A stretch of DNA of 64,000 bases, from the NCBI RefSeq assembly GCF_009914755.1, contig NC_060943.1. One strand, written 5' to 3'. The notes beneath the pieces are model-generated. The model was not told where the DNA came from and did no database searches. It saw nothing but the letters and a program-made list of their open reading frames with translations. The stretch is from the human T2T-CHM13v2.0 reference genome, Homo sapiens. The stretch's first letter is position 1. Each line of letters starts with the position of its first letter. This document shows, piece after piece, positions 52,050 through 64,000 of the stretch. Both the position numbers and the translations under genes were made by a program.

Positions 52050-52331
52050 CCTGTAATACCAACACTTTGGGAGGCCAAGGCAGGCAGATCAGGAGGTCAG
52101 CAAATCGAGACCATCCTGGTTAACATGCTGAAACCCCATCTTTTATAAAAATACAAAAAAACTGCCAGTTGTGGTGGCTGGCACCTGTATTCTCAGCTAC
52201 TTGTGAGGCTGACGCAGGAGAATTGCTTGAACCAGTGAGCCGAGATTGTGCCATTGCATTTCAGCCTGGGTGACAGAGCAAGACCCTGTCCAAAAAAAAA
52301 AAAAAAAAAAAAAGAAGAAGAAGAAGAAAAG
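52050..52331 (+). mobile_element. Alu (AluSc/Y-like), 5'-truncated, ~17-bp right-arm deletion; copy 1
   Basis: CCTGTAATACCAACACTTTGGGAGG...GAGACCATCCTGG...A22(GAA)n, with TSD-like AAAAGTGATTCCA and AAAAGTTATTCCA. Confidence 0.92.
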
Positions 52332-55300
52332 AAAAGTTATTCCAACCTTTTGAATCAAAACGAAGGTTTAATTTTGTGAGATGAATTCACCCATCATAAA
52401 GCATTTTCTCAGATAACTTGTTTCCAGTTTTTCTTGTGGAAACCTCAGTTTTTCACAACAGGCCTCAGAAATATCTCTTCATACATTCTACAAAAAGAGT
52501 GTTTCCAACCTGTTAAATCAAAACAATGGTTTAATTCTGTGAAATGAATCCACACATTGCAAAGCATTTTCACAGATAGGTTGTTTCTAGTTTTTATCAT
52601 GGGATATTTCGTTTTCACCATAACCCAGAGAGGGCTCAGAAATGTCAACTCGTAGATTCTACAAAAAGCATGTTTCCAACCTGTTGAATCACAACAATGG
52701 TTTAACTCTGTGAGATGAATCCACACATCACAAGGCATTTTCATAAGTAGTTCTTTTTTGTTTATTTGTTTTTATTGCAAGATATTTGGTTTTTCACTAT
52801 AGGTTTCAAAGGGCTGAAAAAGTCCCTTTAGAGACACTAAAAAATGGTGTTTCCAACGTATTGAATAAAAAAAGGTTTAACTATGAAAGAAATTCACCAA
52901 CTGCAAAGCATTTTCACAGATAGCTTGTTTCTAGTTTTATCACAGGATCCTTGGTTTATCACTGTAAGACTCAGTGGGCTCCCCAATGTCTTTTTGTAGG
53001 TTCTACGAAAACAGTGTTTCCAGCCTGTTGAATCAAAATAAAGTTTAATTCTTTGAGATGAATCCACATATCACAAAGCATTTTCACAGATAGCTTGTTT
53101 CTAGTTTTTATCATCAGATATTTTGTTTTTCACTATAGGCTTCAATGCACTCAGAAATGTTGATTCTTAGATTCTACAAAAAAGCGTGTTTTCAAACAGA
53201 TGAATCAAAACAAAGGTTTAACTCTGTGAGACGAATCCACATATTGCAAAGCATTTACACAGCTGTTTTGTTTCTAGTTTTTATTGTGGGATATTCATTT
53301 TTTTGCTATTGGCCTCAATGGGCTCAGAAATGTCTCTTTGCAGATTCTACAAAAAGAAGGTTTCAACTTGTTGAATTAAAACAAAGTTTTAACTCTGCAA
53401 GATAAATTTGTACATCACAAAATTATTTCACAGAGAGCTGGTTTCTGCTTTTTATTGCAAGAGATTCACTTCGCAATAGGCCTCAACGGGCTCAGAAATG
53501 TTTTTTCATAGATTCTACAAAAAGAGTGTTCTTAACCTGTTGATTTAGAACAAAGGTCTAACTCTCGATGAATCCACACATCAAAACTCATTTTCATAGT
53601 TTGTTTTATATTTTAAAATGGGATATTAGCTTTTTCACTACAGACTTCAATTGGCTCAGAAATTTTTTTCATAGACTCTACAAAAAGAATGTTTCCAAGG
53701 TGTTGAATAAAAACAAAGGTTATCCCTGTGAGATGAATGAACGTATCACACAGCATTTTCCCACAGAGGTTGTTTCTATTTTTGCTCACGGGATTTTTGA
53801 TTTTTCACTATAGGCTTCAATGGGCTTTGAAATGTCCCTTTATATAATCTACTAAAACAGTGTTTCCAATTTGTTCAATCAAAACAAAGGTTTAAATCTG
53901 TGACATGAATCCACATATTGCAAAGCATTTTCACAGATAGCTTTGTTTCTAGATTTTAAGGTGCATTATACCTTTTTTTACTGTAGTTTTTAATGGTCTC
54001 AGAAATGTCCCTTTGTAGATTCTACAAAAAAAGTGTTTCCAACATGTTGAATCAAAACAAAGCTTCATCTCTGTGAGATAAATCCACACATCACAGAGCA
54101 TTTTTGCAGATAACTTGTTTCTAGTTTCTATCCCGGGATATTTGGTATATCACTATACACCTCAATTGGCTAAGAAATGTCCCTTCATGCATTCCACAAA
54201 AGAGTGTTTCCAAACTGGTGAATCAAAACACAGGTTCCATTTGGTGAGATAAATGCATACATCACAAAAAATGTTCACAGATAGCTTGTTTCCAGTTTTT
54301 ATTGACGGATATATGGCTTCTTGCTATAGGCCTCAATGGGCTCAGAAATATTCCTTCGTAGATTCTACAAAAAGAACGTTTCTAACCTGTTAAATAAAAA
54401 CAAATGTTTAACTCTGTGAGATTAACCCACACATCGGGAACCATTTACACGGAGAGCTTTTCTTCTAGCTTTTATTGCAGGATATACAGTTTTTCTCTAC
54501 AGGCCTCAGTGGGCTCAGAAACGTCTTTTCATAGATTCTACAAAAAGAGTGATTTCAACCTGTTGGTTAAAAACATAGTTTTAACTTTTTGAGATAAATC
54601 CACACATCACAAAGCATTTTCACAGATGGCTTGTTTCTAGATTTTATCACCAGAAATTAGTTTTTTAACTATAGGCTTCAATGGGCTCAGAAATGTCCCT
54701 ACATTTTTTACTGTAGGCCTCAATGGGTCAGAAATGTCCCTTCGTAGATTCTACCAAAAAAGTGTTTTCAAGGTGTTGAATTGAAACAAAGATTTAACTC
54801 TGTGAGGAGAAGCCACACATTGAAAAGGATTTTCAGAGATAGCTTGTTTCTAGTTCTTATCGTGGAATATTCAAATTTTACAATATGCCTCAATGGGCTC
54901 AGAAATGTCGCTTCATAGATTTCACAAAAAGTGTTTCCAACCTGGAGAATCAAAACACAGGTTCCATTGGGAGAGATGAATCCACACATCACAAAACATT
55001 TTTACATATAGCTTGTTTCTAGTTTTTAATGCTGGATATTCAGTTTTTCACTATAGGTCTCCGTGGGCTCAGAAGTGTCCTTTCATAGATTCTACAAAAA
55101 GACTTTTTCCTACCTGTTGAATTAAAACATAGTTTTAAATCTGTGAGATAAATGCTCACATCATAAATCATCTTCACAGATAGATTGTTTCTAGATTTTA
55201 AGGAAGGATATTCTGCTTTTCACTATAGGCCTCAATGGCCTCAGAATGTCCCTTCATAGATGCTACAAAAAGAGTGTTTCCAAGGTGTTGAATAAAAATA

Positions 55301-56678
55301 TAAGTTTAACTCTGTGAGATGAATCCACACATCACAAAGCATTTTCACACAGGGCTCACTTCTAGTTTTTATCACGGGATATTCAGTTTTTCACTATAGG
55401 CCTCAACGGACTTTGAAATATCTTTTTGTAGATTCAACTAAAAGAGTGTTTTTATCTTGTTGAATCAAAAAAAAGGTTGAAATCTGTGACATGAATGAAA
55501 ATATTCTAAAGCATTTTAACAGATAGCTTGTTTCTAAATATTAAGGCAGGTTGTTTGATTTTTTTACTATAGTTCTTGATGGTCTCAGAAATGTCCCTCT
55601 GTACTTTCTACAAAAAAAAGTGTTTGCAGACTGTCAAATCAAAATAAAGGTTTAATTCTGTAAGATAAATCCACACATTGCAAAGCATTTTTGGAAATAG
55701 CTTTTTTCTAGCTTCTATTATGGGATATTTTGTTCATCACTATAGGCCTCAATGGGCTGAGAAATGTCCCTTCATAGACTCTACAAAAAAGTGTTTCCAA
55801 CCTGGTGAATCAAAACACAGGTTCCATTTGGTAAGAAGAATCCACACACCAATAAGCATTTTGACAGATAGTGTTTTTCTGTTTTTCTTCATGGGATCCT
55901 TGATTTTTCACTACAGGCTCAAAGGGGCTCAGAAATATCCTTTGTAGATTCTACAAAATGAGTATTTCCAACCTACTAAATCAAAGCATAGGTTCCATCC
56001 AGTGAGATGAATCCACACATTGCAAAGCATTTTCACAGATATCTTTTCTCTAGTTTATATCACAGAATGTTCAGTTTTCCACTATAGGCCAAAATTGGTT
56101 CAGAAATGTTCCTTCATAGATTCTGCAAAAAGAGTGCTTGCAACCTGTTGAATCAAAACAAAGCTGTAACTTTGTGATAGGAATACACACACAGCAAAGC
56201 ATTTTTACAGATAGCTTGTTTCTAGTTTTTATAGCAGAATCCTCAAATTTTTACTATAGGCCTCAATAAGCTCAATTATGTCCCCTCATAGATTCTACAA
56301 AGAGTGTTTCCAACTTGTTAAATCAAAATAAATGTTTAACTCTGTGAGATAAATGCACACAACCCAAAGCATTTTCACACAAGCCTGTTTCTAGATTTTA
56401 TCACTAGTTTTCTGATTTTTCACCACAGGCCTAAATAGGCCCAGAAATGTTCCTTTGTAATTTTTACAAAAAGTGTGCTTCCAACCTAATGAATCAAAAG
56501 AAAGGTTTCACTCTGTGAGATGAATCCAGACATCACAAAGCATTTCCACAGATAGCTTGTTTGTAATTTTTATTGAGGGATATTCAATTTTTCACTGTAG
56601 GCCTCAATGAGGCCTACAATTTTTCACTGTAGGCCTCAGAAATGTGCCTGCACAGATTCTACAAAAAAAGTGATTCCA

Positions 56679-56959
56679 CCTGTAATACCAACACTTTGGG
56701 AGGCCAAGGCAGGCAGATCAGGAGGTCAGCAAATCGAGACCATCCTGGTTAACATGCTGAAACCCCATCTTTTATAAAAATACAAAAAAACTGCCAGTTG
56801 TGGTGGCTGGCACCTGTATTCTCAGCTACTTGTGAGGCTGACGCAGGAGAATTGCTTGAACCAGTGAGCCGAGATTGTGCCATTGCATTTCAGCCTGGGT
56901 GACAGAGCAAGACCCTGTCCAAAAAAAAAAAAAAAAAAAAAGAAGAAGAAGAAGAAAAG
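56679..56959 (+). mobile_element. Same Alu, copy 2 (duplicated with the tandem unit)
   Basis: Identical to copy 1 apart from A21. Confidence 0.92.
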
Positions 56960-59900
56960 AAAAGTTATTCCAACCTTTTGAATCAAAACGAAGGTTTAAT
57001 TTTGTGAGATGAATTCACCCATCATAAAGCATTTTCTCAGATAACTTGTTTCCAGTTTTTCTTGTGGAAACCTCAGTTTTTCACAACAGGCCTCAGAAAT
57101 ATCTCTTCATACATTCTACAAAAAGAGTGTTTCCAACCTGTTAAATCAAAACAATGGTTTAATTCTGTGAAATGAATCCACACATTGCAAAGCATTTTCA
57201 CAGATAGGTTGTTTCTAGTTTTTATCATGGGATATTTCGTTTTCACCATAACCCAGAGAGGGCTCAGAAATGTCAACTCGTAGATTCTACAAAAAGCATG
57301 TTTCCAACCTGTTGAATCACAACAATGGTTTAACTCTGTGAGATGAATCCACACATCACAAGGCATTTTCATAAGTAGTTCTTTTTTGTTTATTTGTTTT
57401 TATTGCAAGATATTTGGTTTTTCACTATAGGTTTCAAAGGGCTGAAAAAGTCCCTTTAGAGACACTAAAAAATGGTGTTTCCAACGTATTGAATAAAAAA
57501 AGGTTTAACTATGAAAGAAATTCACCAACTGCAAAGCATTTTCACAGATAGCTTGTTTCTAGTTTTATCACAGGATCCTTGGTTTATCACTGTAAGACTC
57601 AGTGGGCTCCCCAATGTCTTTTTGTAGGTTCTACGAAAACAGTGTTTCCAGCCTGTTGAATCAAAATAAAGTTTAATTCTTTGAGATGAATCCACATATC
57701 ACAAAGCATTTTCACAGATAGCTTGTTTCTAGTTTTTATCATCAGATATTTTGTTTTTCACTATAGGCTTCAATGCACTCAGAAATGTTGATTCTTAGAT
57801 TCTACAAAAAAGCGTGTTTTCAAACAGATGAATCAAAACAAAGGTTTAACTCTGTGAGACGAATCCACATATTGCAAAGCATTTACACAGCTGTTTTGTT
57901 TCTAGTTTTTATTGTGGGATATTCATTTTTTTGCTATTGGCCTCAATGGGCTCAGAAATGTCTCTTTGCAGATTCTACAAAAAGAAGGTTTCAACTTGTT
58001 GAATTAAAACAAAGTTTTAACTCTGCAAGATAAATTTGTACATCACAAAATTATTTCACAGAGAGCTGGTTTCTGCTTTTTATTGCAAGAGATTCACTTC
58101 GCAATAGGCCTCAACGGGCTCAGAAATGTTTTTTCATAGATTCTACAAAAAGAGTGTTCTTAACCTGTTGATTTAGAACAAAGGTCTAACTCTCGATGAA
58201 TCCACACATCAAAACTCATTTTCATAGTTTGTTTTATATTTTAAAATGGGATATTAGCTTTTTCACTACAGACTTCAATTGGCTCAGAAATTTTTTTCAT
58301 AGACTCTACAAAAAGAATGTTTCCAAGGTGTTGAATAAAAACAAAGGTTATCCCTGTGAGATGAATGAACGTATCACACAGCATTTTCCCACAGAGGTTG
58401 TTTCTATTTTTGCTCACGGGATTTTTGATTTTTCACTATAGGCTTCAATGGGCTTTGAAATGTCCCTTTATATAATCTACTAAAACAGTGTTTCCAATTT
58501 GTTCAATCAAAACAAAGGTTTAAATCTGTGACATGAATCCACATATTGCAAAGCATTTTCACAGATAGCTTTGTTTCTAGATTTTAAGGTGCATTATACC
58601 TTTTTTTACTGTAGTTTTTAATGGTCTCAGAAATGTCCCTTTGTAGATTCTACAAAAAAAGTGTTTCCAACATGTTGAATCAAAACAAAGCTTCATCTCT
58701 GTGAGATAAATCCACACATCACAGAGCATTTTTGCAGATAACTTGTTTCTAGTTTCTATCCCGGGATATTTGGTATATCACTATACACCTCAATTGGCTA
58801 AGAAATGTCCCTTCATGCATTCCACAAAAGAGTGTTTCCAAACTGGTGAATCAAAACACAGGTTCCATTTGGTGAGATAAATGCATACATCACAAAAAAT
58901 GTTCACAGATAGCTTGTTTCCAGTTTTTATTGACGGATATATGGCTTCTTGCTATAGGCCTCAATGGGCTCAGAAATATTCCTTCGTAGATTCTACAAAA
59001 AGAACGTTTCTAACCTGTTAAATAAAAACAAATGTTTAACTCTGTGAGATTAACCCACACATCGGGAACCATTTACACGGAGAGCTTTTCTTCTAGCTTT
59101 TATTGCAGGATATACAGTTTTTCTCTACAGGCCTCAGTGGGCTCAGAAACGTCTTTTCATAGATTCTACAAAAAGAGTGATTTCAACCTGTTGGTTAAAA
59201 ACATAGTTTTAACTTTTTGAGATAAATCCACACATCACAAAGCATTTTCACAGATGGCTTGTTTCTAGATTTTATCACCAGAAATTAGTTTTTTAACTAT
59301 AGGCTTCAATGGGCTCAGAAATGTCCCTACATTTTTTACTGTAGGCCTCAATGGGTCAGAAATGTCCCTTCGTAGATTCTACCAAAAAAGTGTTTTCAAG
59401 GTGTTGAATTGAAACAAAGATTTAACTCTGTGAGGAGAAGCCACACATTGAAAAGGATTTTCAGAGATAGCTTGTTTCTAGTTCTTATCGTGGAATATTC
59501 AAATTTTACAATATGCCTCAATGGGCTCAGAAATGTCGCTTCATAGATTTCACAAAAAGTGTTTCCAACCTGGAGAATCAAAACACAGGTTCCATTGGGA
59601 GAGATGAATCCACACATCACAAAACATTTTTACATATAGCTTGTTTCTAGTTTTTAATGCTGGATATTCAGTTTTTCACTATAGGTCTCCGTGGGCTCAG
59701 AAGTGTCCTTTCATAGATTCTACAAAAAGACTTTTTCCTACCTGTTGAATTAAAACATAGTTTTAAATCTGTGAGATAAATGCTCACATCATAAATCATC
59801 TTCACAGATAGATTGTTTCTAGATTTTAAGGAAGGATATTCTGCTTTTCACTATAGGCCTCAATGGCCTCAGAATGTCCCTTCATAGATGCTACAAAAAG

Positions 59901-61306
59901 AGTGTTTCCAAGGTGTTGAATAAAAATATAAGTTTAACTCTGTGAGATGAATCCACACATCACAAAGCATTTTCACACAGGGCTCACTTCTAGTTTTTAT
60001 CACGGGATATTCAGTTTTTCACTATAGGCCTCAACGGACTTTGAAATATCTTTTTGTAGATTCAACTAAAAGAGTGTTTTTATCTTGTTGAATCAAAAAA
60101 AAGGTTGAAATCTGTGACATGAATGAAAATATTCTAAAGCATTTTAACAGATAGCTTGTTTCTAAATATTAAGGCAGGTTGTTTGATTTTTTTACTATAG
60201 TTCTTGATGGTCTCAGAAATGTCCCTCTGTACTTTCTACAAAAAAAAGTGTTTGCAGACTGTCAAATCAAAATAAAGGTTTAATTCTGTAAGATAAATCC
60301 ACACATTGCAAAGCATTTTTGGAAATAGCTTTTTTCTAGCTTCTATTATGGGATATTTTGTTCATCACTATAGGCCTCAATGGGCTGAGAAATGTCCCTT
60401 CATAGACTCTACAAAAAAGTGTTTCCAACCTGGTGAATCAAAACACAGGTTCCATTTGGTAAGAAGAATCCACACACCAATAAGCATTTTGACAGATAGT
60501 GTTTTTCTGTTTTTCTTCATGGGATCCTTGATTTTTCACTACAGGCTCAAAGGGGCTCAGAAATATCCTTTGTAGATTCTACAAAATGAGTATTTCCAAC
60601 CTACTAAATCAAAGCATAGGTTCCATCCAGTGAGATGAATCCACACATTGCAAAGCATTTTCACAGATATCTTTTCTCTAGTTTATATCACAGAATGTTC
60701 AGTTTTCCACTATAGGCCAAAATTGGTTCAGAAATGTTCCTTCATAGATTCTGCAAAAAGAGTGCTTGCAACCTGTTGAATCAAAACAAAGCTGTAACTT
60801 TGTGATAGGAATACACACACAGCAAAGCATTTTTACAGATAGCTTGTTTCTAGTTTTTATAGCAGAATCCTCAAATTTTTACTATAGGCCTCAATAAGCT
60901 CAATTATGTCCCCTCATAGATTCTACAAAGAGTGTTTCCAACTTGTTAAATCAAAATAAATGTTTAACTCTGTGAGATAAATGCACACAACCCAAAGCAT
61001 TTTCACACAAGCCTGTTTCTAGATTTTATCACTAGTTTTCTGATTTTTCACCACAGGCCTAAATAGGCCCAGAAATGTTCCTTTGTAATTTTTACAAAAA
61101 GTGTGCTTCCAACCTAATGAATCAAAAGAAAGGTTTCACTCTGTGAGATGAATCCAGACATCACAAAGCATTTCCACAGATAGCTTGTTTGTAATTTTTA
61201 TTGAGGGATATTCAATTTTTCACTGTAGGCCTCAATGAGGCCTACAATTTTTCACTGTAGGCCTCAGAAATGTGCCTGCACAGATTCTACAAAAAAAGTG
61301 ATTCCA

Positions 61307-61587
61307 CCTGTAATACCAACACTTTGGGAGGCCAAGGCAGGCAGATCAGGAGGTCAGCAAATCGAGACCATCCTGGTTAACATGCTGAAACCCCATCTTT
61401 TATAAAAATACAAAAAAACTGCCAGTTGTGGTGGCTGGCACCTGTATTCTCAGCTACTTGTGAGGCTGACGCAGGAGAATTGCTTGAACCAGTGAGCCGA
61501 GATTGTGCCATTGCATTTCAGCCTGGGTGACAGAGCAAGACCCTGTCCAAAAAAAAAAAAAAAAAAAAAGAAGAAGAAGAAGAAAAG
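61307..61587 (+). mobile_element. Same Alu, copy 3 (duplicated with the tandem unit)
   Basis: Identical to copy 2. Confidence 0.92.
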
Positions 61588-64000
61588 AAAAGTTATTCCA
61601 ACCTTTTGAATCAAAACGAAGGTTTAATTTTGTGAGATGAATTCACCCATCATAAAGCATTTTCTCAGATAACTTGTTTCCAGTTTTTCTTGTGGAAACC
61701 TCAGTTTTTCACAACAGGCCTCAGAAATATCTCTTCATACATTCTACAAAAAGAGTGTTTCCAACCTGTTAAATCAAAACAATGGTTTAATTCTGTGAAA
61801 TGAATCCACACATTGCAAAGCATTTTCACAGATAGGTTGTTTCTAGTTTTTATCATGGGATATTTCGTTTTCACCATAACCCAGAGAGGGCTCAGAAATG
61901 TCAACTCGTAGATTCTACAAAAAGCATGTTTCCAACCTGTTGAATCACAACAATGGTTTAACTCTGTGAGATGAATCCACACATCACAAGGCATTTTCAT
62001 AAGTAGTTCTTTTTTGTTTATTTGTTTTTATTGCAAGATATTTGGTTTTTCACTATAGGTTTCAAAGGGCTGAAAAAGTCCCTTTAGAGACACTAAAAAA
62101 TGGTGTTTCCAACGTATTGAATAAAAAAAGGTTTAACTATGAAAGAAATTCACCAACTGCAAAGCATTTTCACAGATAGCTTGTTTCTAGTTTTATCACA
62201 GGATCCTTGGTTTATCACTGTAAGACTCAGTGGGCTCCCCAATGTCTTTTTGTAGGTTCTACGAAAACAGTGTTTCCAGCCTGTTGAATCAAAATAAAGT
62301 TTAATTCTTTGAGATGAATCCACATATCACAAAGCATTTTCACAGATAGCTTGTTTCTAGTTTTTATCATCAGATATTTTGTTTTTCACTATAGGCTTCA
62401 ATGCACTCAGAAATGTTGATTCTTAGATTCTACAAAAAAGCGTGTTTTCAAACAGATGAATCAAAACAAAGGTTTAACTCTGTGAGATGAATCCACACAT
62501 GACAAAACATTTTCATAGATAGCTTGTTTGTAGTTTTTATCATGGGATATTCGAATTTTCAGCATATGCCTCAATGGGATCAGAAATATTCCTGCATAGA
62601 TTCTATAAAAATAGTGTTTCCAAACTGGTGAATCAAAGCACAGGTTTCATTTGGTGAGATGAATCCAGCCACCATAAATGATTTTCACAGATAGCTTGTT
62701 TCTACTTATTACAGTGGGATATTCTGTTTCTCACTATAGGCCTAAATGGGCTCAGAAATTTCCCTTCATAGATTTTACAAAAAGAGTGTTTCCAATCAGT
62801 TGAATCAAAACAAAGGTTTAACTTTGTGAGATGAATTCACACATCATAAAGTATTTTCAGAGATAACATCTTTCTAGATTATAAGACAGGATATTTGTTG
62901 TTGTTGCTTTGCTATAGACCTCAATAGGCTCAGAAATCGCCCTATGTAGGTTATAGAAAAAAAAGTGTGTCCAACCTGGTGAATCAAGACACAGGTTTTA
63001 TTTGGTGAGATAAACCCACACATCACAAAGCATTTTCACTGATACCTTGTTTCTAGTTTTTATCACGTAATATTCGGATTTTGCCAATAGGCCTCAAAAA
63101 GTTCAGAAATATCCCTTCATAGATTCTACAAAAAGAGTATTTCCAACCTGTTGAATCTAAACAAACGTTTAACTCTGTAAGATGGATGCACACATGGAAA
63201 AGCATTTTCACAGATAGCTTGTTTCTGGTTTATATCGCAGAATATTCAATTTTTCACCGTAGGCCTCAATAGGTTCAGAAATATCCCTTCATAGATTCTA
63301 CAAGAAAAGTGTTTCCAACCTGTTGAATATAAGCAAGGGCATAACTCTGAAAGATGCATCCACAGTCTCAAAGCAATTTCACAGAGAGCTTATTTATAGT
63401 TTTTATCACGGGATATTCTGTTTTTCACTCTAGAACTCAATTGGCTCAGAAATATTCCTTTGTAGATTCTACAAAAAGATTGTTTCCAACCTGTTGAATC
63501 AAAACATAGGTGTAACTCTGTGACATGAATCCATAGGCTGCAAGGCATTTTCACAGATAGCTTGCTTCTAGTTTGCATCACGTAATATTTGGTTAATCAC
63601 TATAGGCATCAATGTTCTTCCACAAAGAATGTTCTTCGTGCATTCCACAAAAAGAGTGTTTCAAACATGGTGAATCAAAACACTATTTCCATTCTGTTAA
63701 ATGAATCCACACATCCAAAACATTTTCCTAGATAGCTTGTTTTCTAGATTGTATTATGGGATTCTTGGTTTTTCACTGTAGGCCTCAATGGGCTCAGAAA
63801 TGTCTTTTTGTAGGTTCTACAAAAAGAGCGTTTTTAACCTGTTGAATAAAAACAAAGGTGGAACTCTGTGAGATGAATCCACACATCACAAAGCATTTTC
63901 ACAGACAGCTTGTTTCTAGTTTTTTTTATATATATAGTCCTTAATAGGCTAAAAACATCCCTTCATAGGTTCTACAATAATGTTTCCAACCTGTTGAATC

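Larger units (their letters stand above)
48597..62481. repeat. Three near-identical tandem copies of a 4629/4628-bp unit (25 alpha monomers plus an Alu)
   Basis: Copies at 48597-53225, 53226-57853 and 57854-62481. Identical spurious ORFs recur at +4629 and +4628. The only difference I saw is the Alu tail, A22 versus A21 and A21. Confidence 0.96.
45718..64000. repeat. Alpha satellite, block 3 (monomeric, containing a 3-copy 4.63-kb tandem)
   Basis: 171-bp period to the end of the window. Confidence 0.95.

Noticed and set aside
52050-61587. Three independent Alu insertions
   Set aside because: Identical sequence, deletion and flanks show one insertion that was later duplicated.
48939-62000. 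Six ORFs repeated identically two or three times, resembling a multicopy gene cluster
   Set aside because: They are alpha-satellite translations copied by the 4.63-kb tandem duplication.
45718-64000. Active centromeric HOR array
   Set aside because: Only three copies, old-type monomers, an embedded Alu, no CENP-B box seen, and flanked by diverged monomers.

Overview
Primate (catarrhine/hominoid-type) pericentromeric heterochromatin with no cellular genes. Three blocks of a 35-bp GC-rich satellite (HSAT4-like, organised as a 70-bp dimer) alternate with three blocks of diverged monomeric alpha satellite (~171 bp, no CENP-B box seen). All blocks keep one orientation. Inserted elements are a ~290-bp HERV-K LTR5 remnant, two AluS elements, a full-length ~6.15-kb L1PA4-like LINE-1 (minus strand, 15-bp TSD), and a full-length 9.86-kb HERV-K11/HML-8 provirus with MER11C-type LTRs (minus strand, 6-bp TSD). 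Two structures stand out. First, all three HSAT4-to-alpha junctions share the same phase and a rare upstream variant, which implies an ancient compound HSAT4+alpha macro-unit that was amplified. Second, a near-perfect triplication of a 4628/4629-bp unit (25 old alpha monomers plus an Alu) looks like a nascent higher-order repeat in a dead alpha layer, or else an assembly artefact. Family and subfamily names come from recalled consensus sequences, not from a database search. I see no evidence of a new protein-coding system; the novelty is in satellite architecture.
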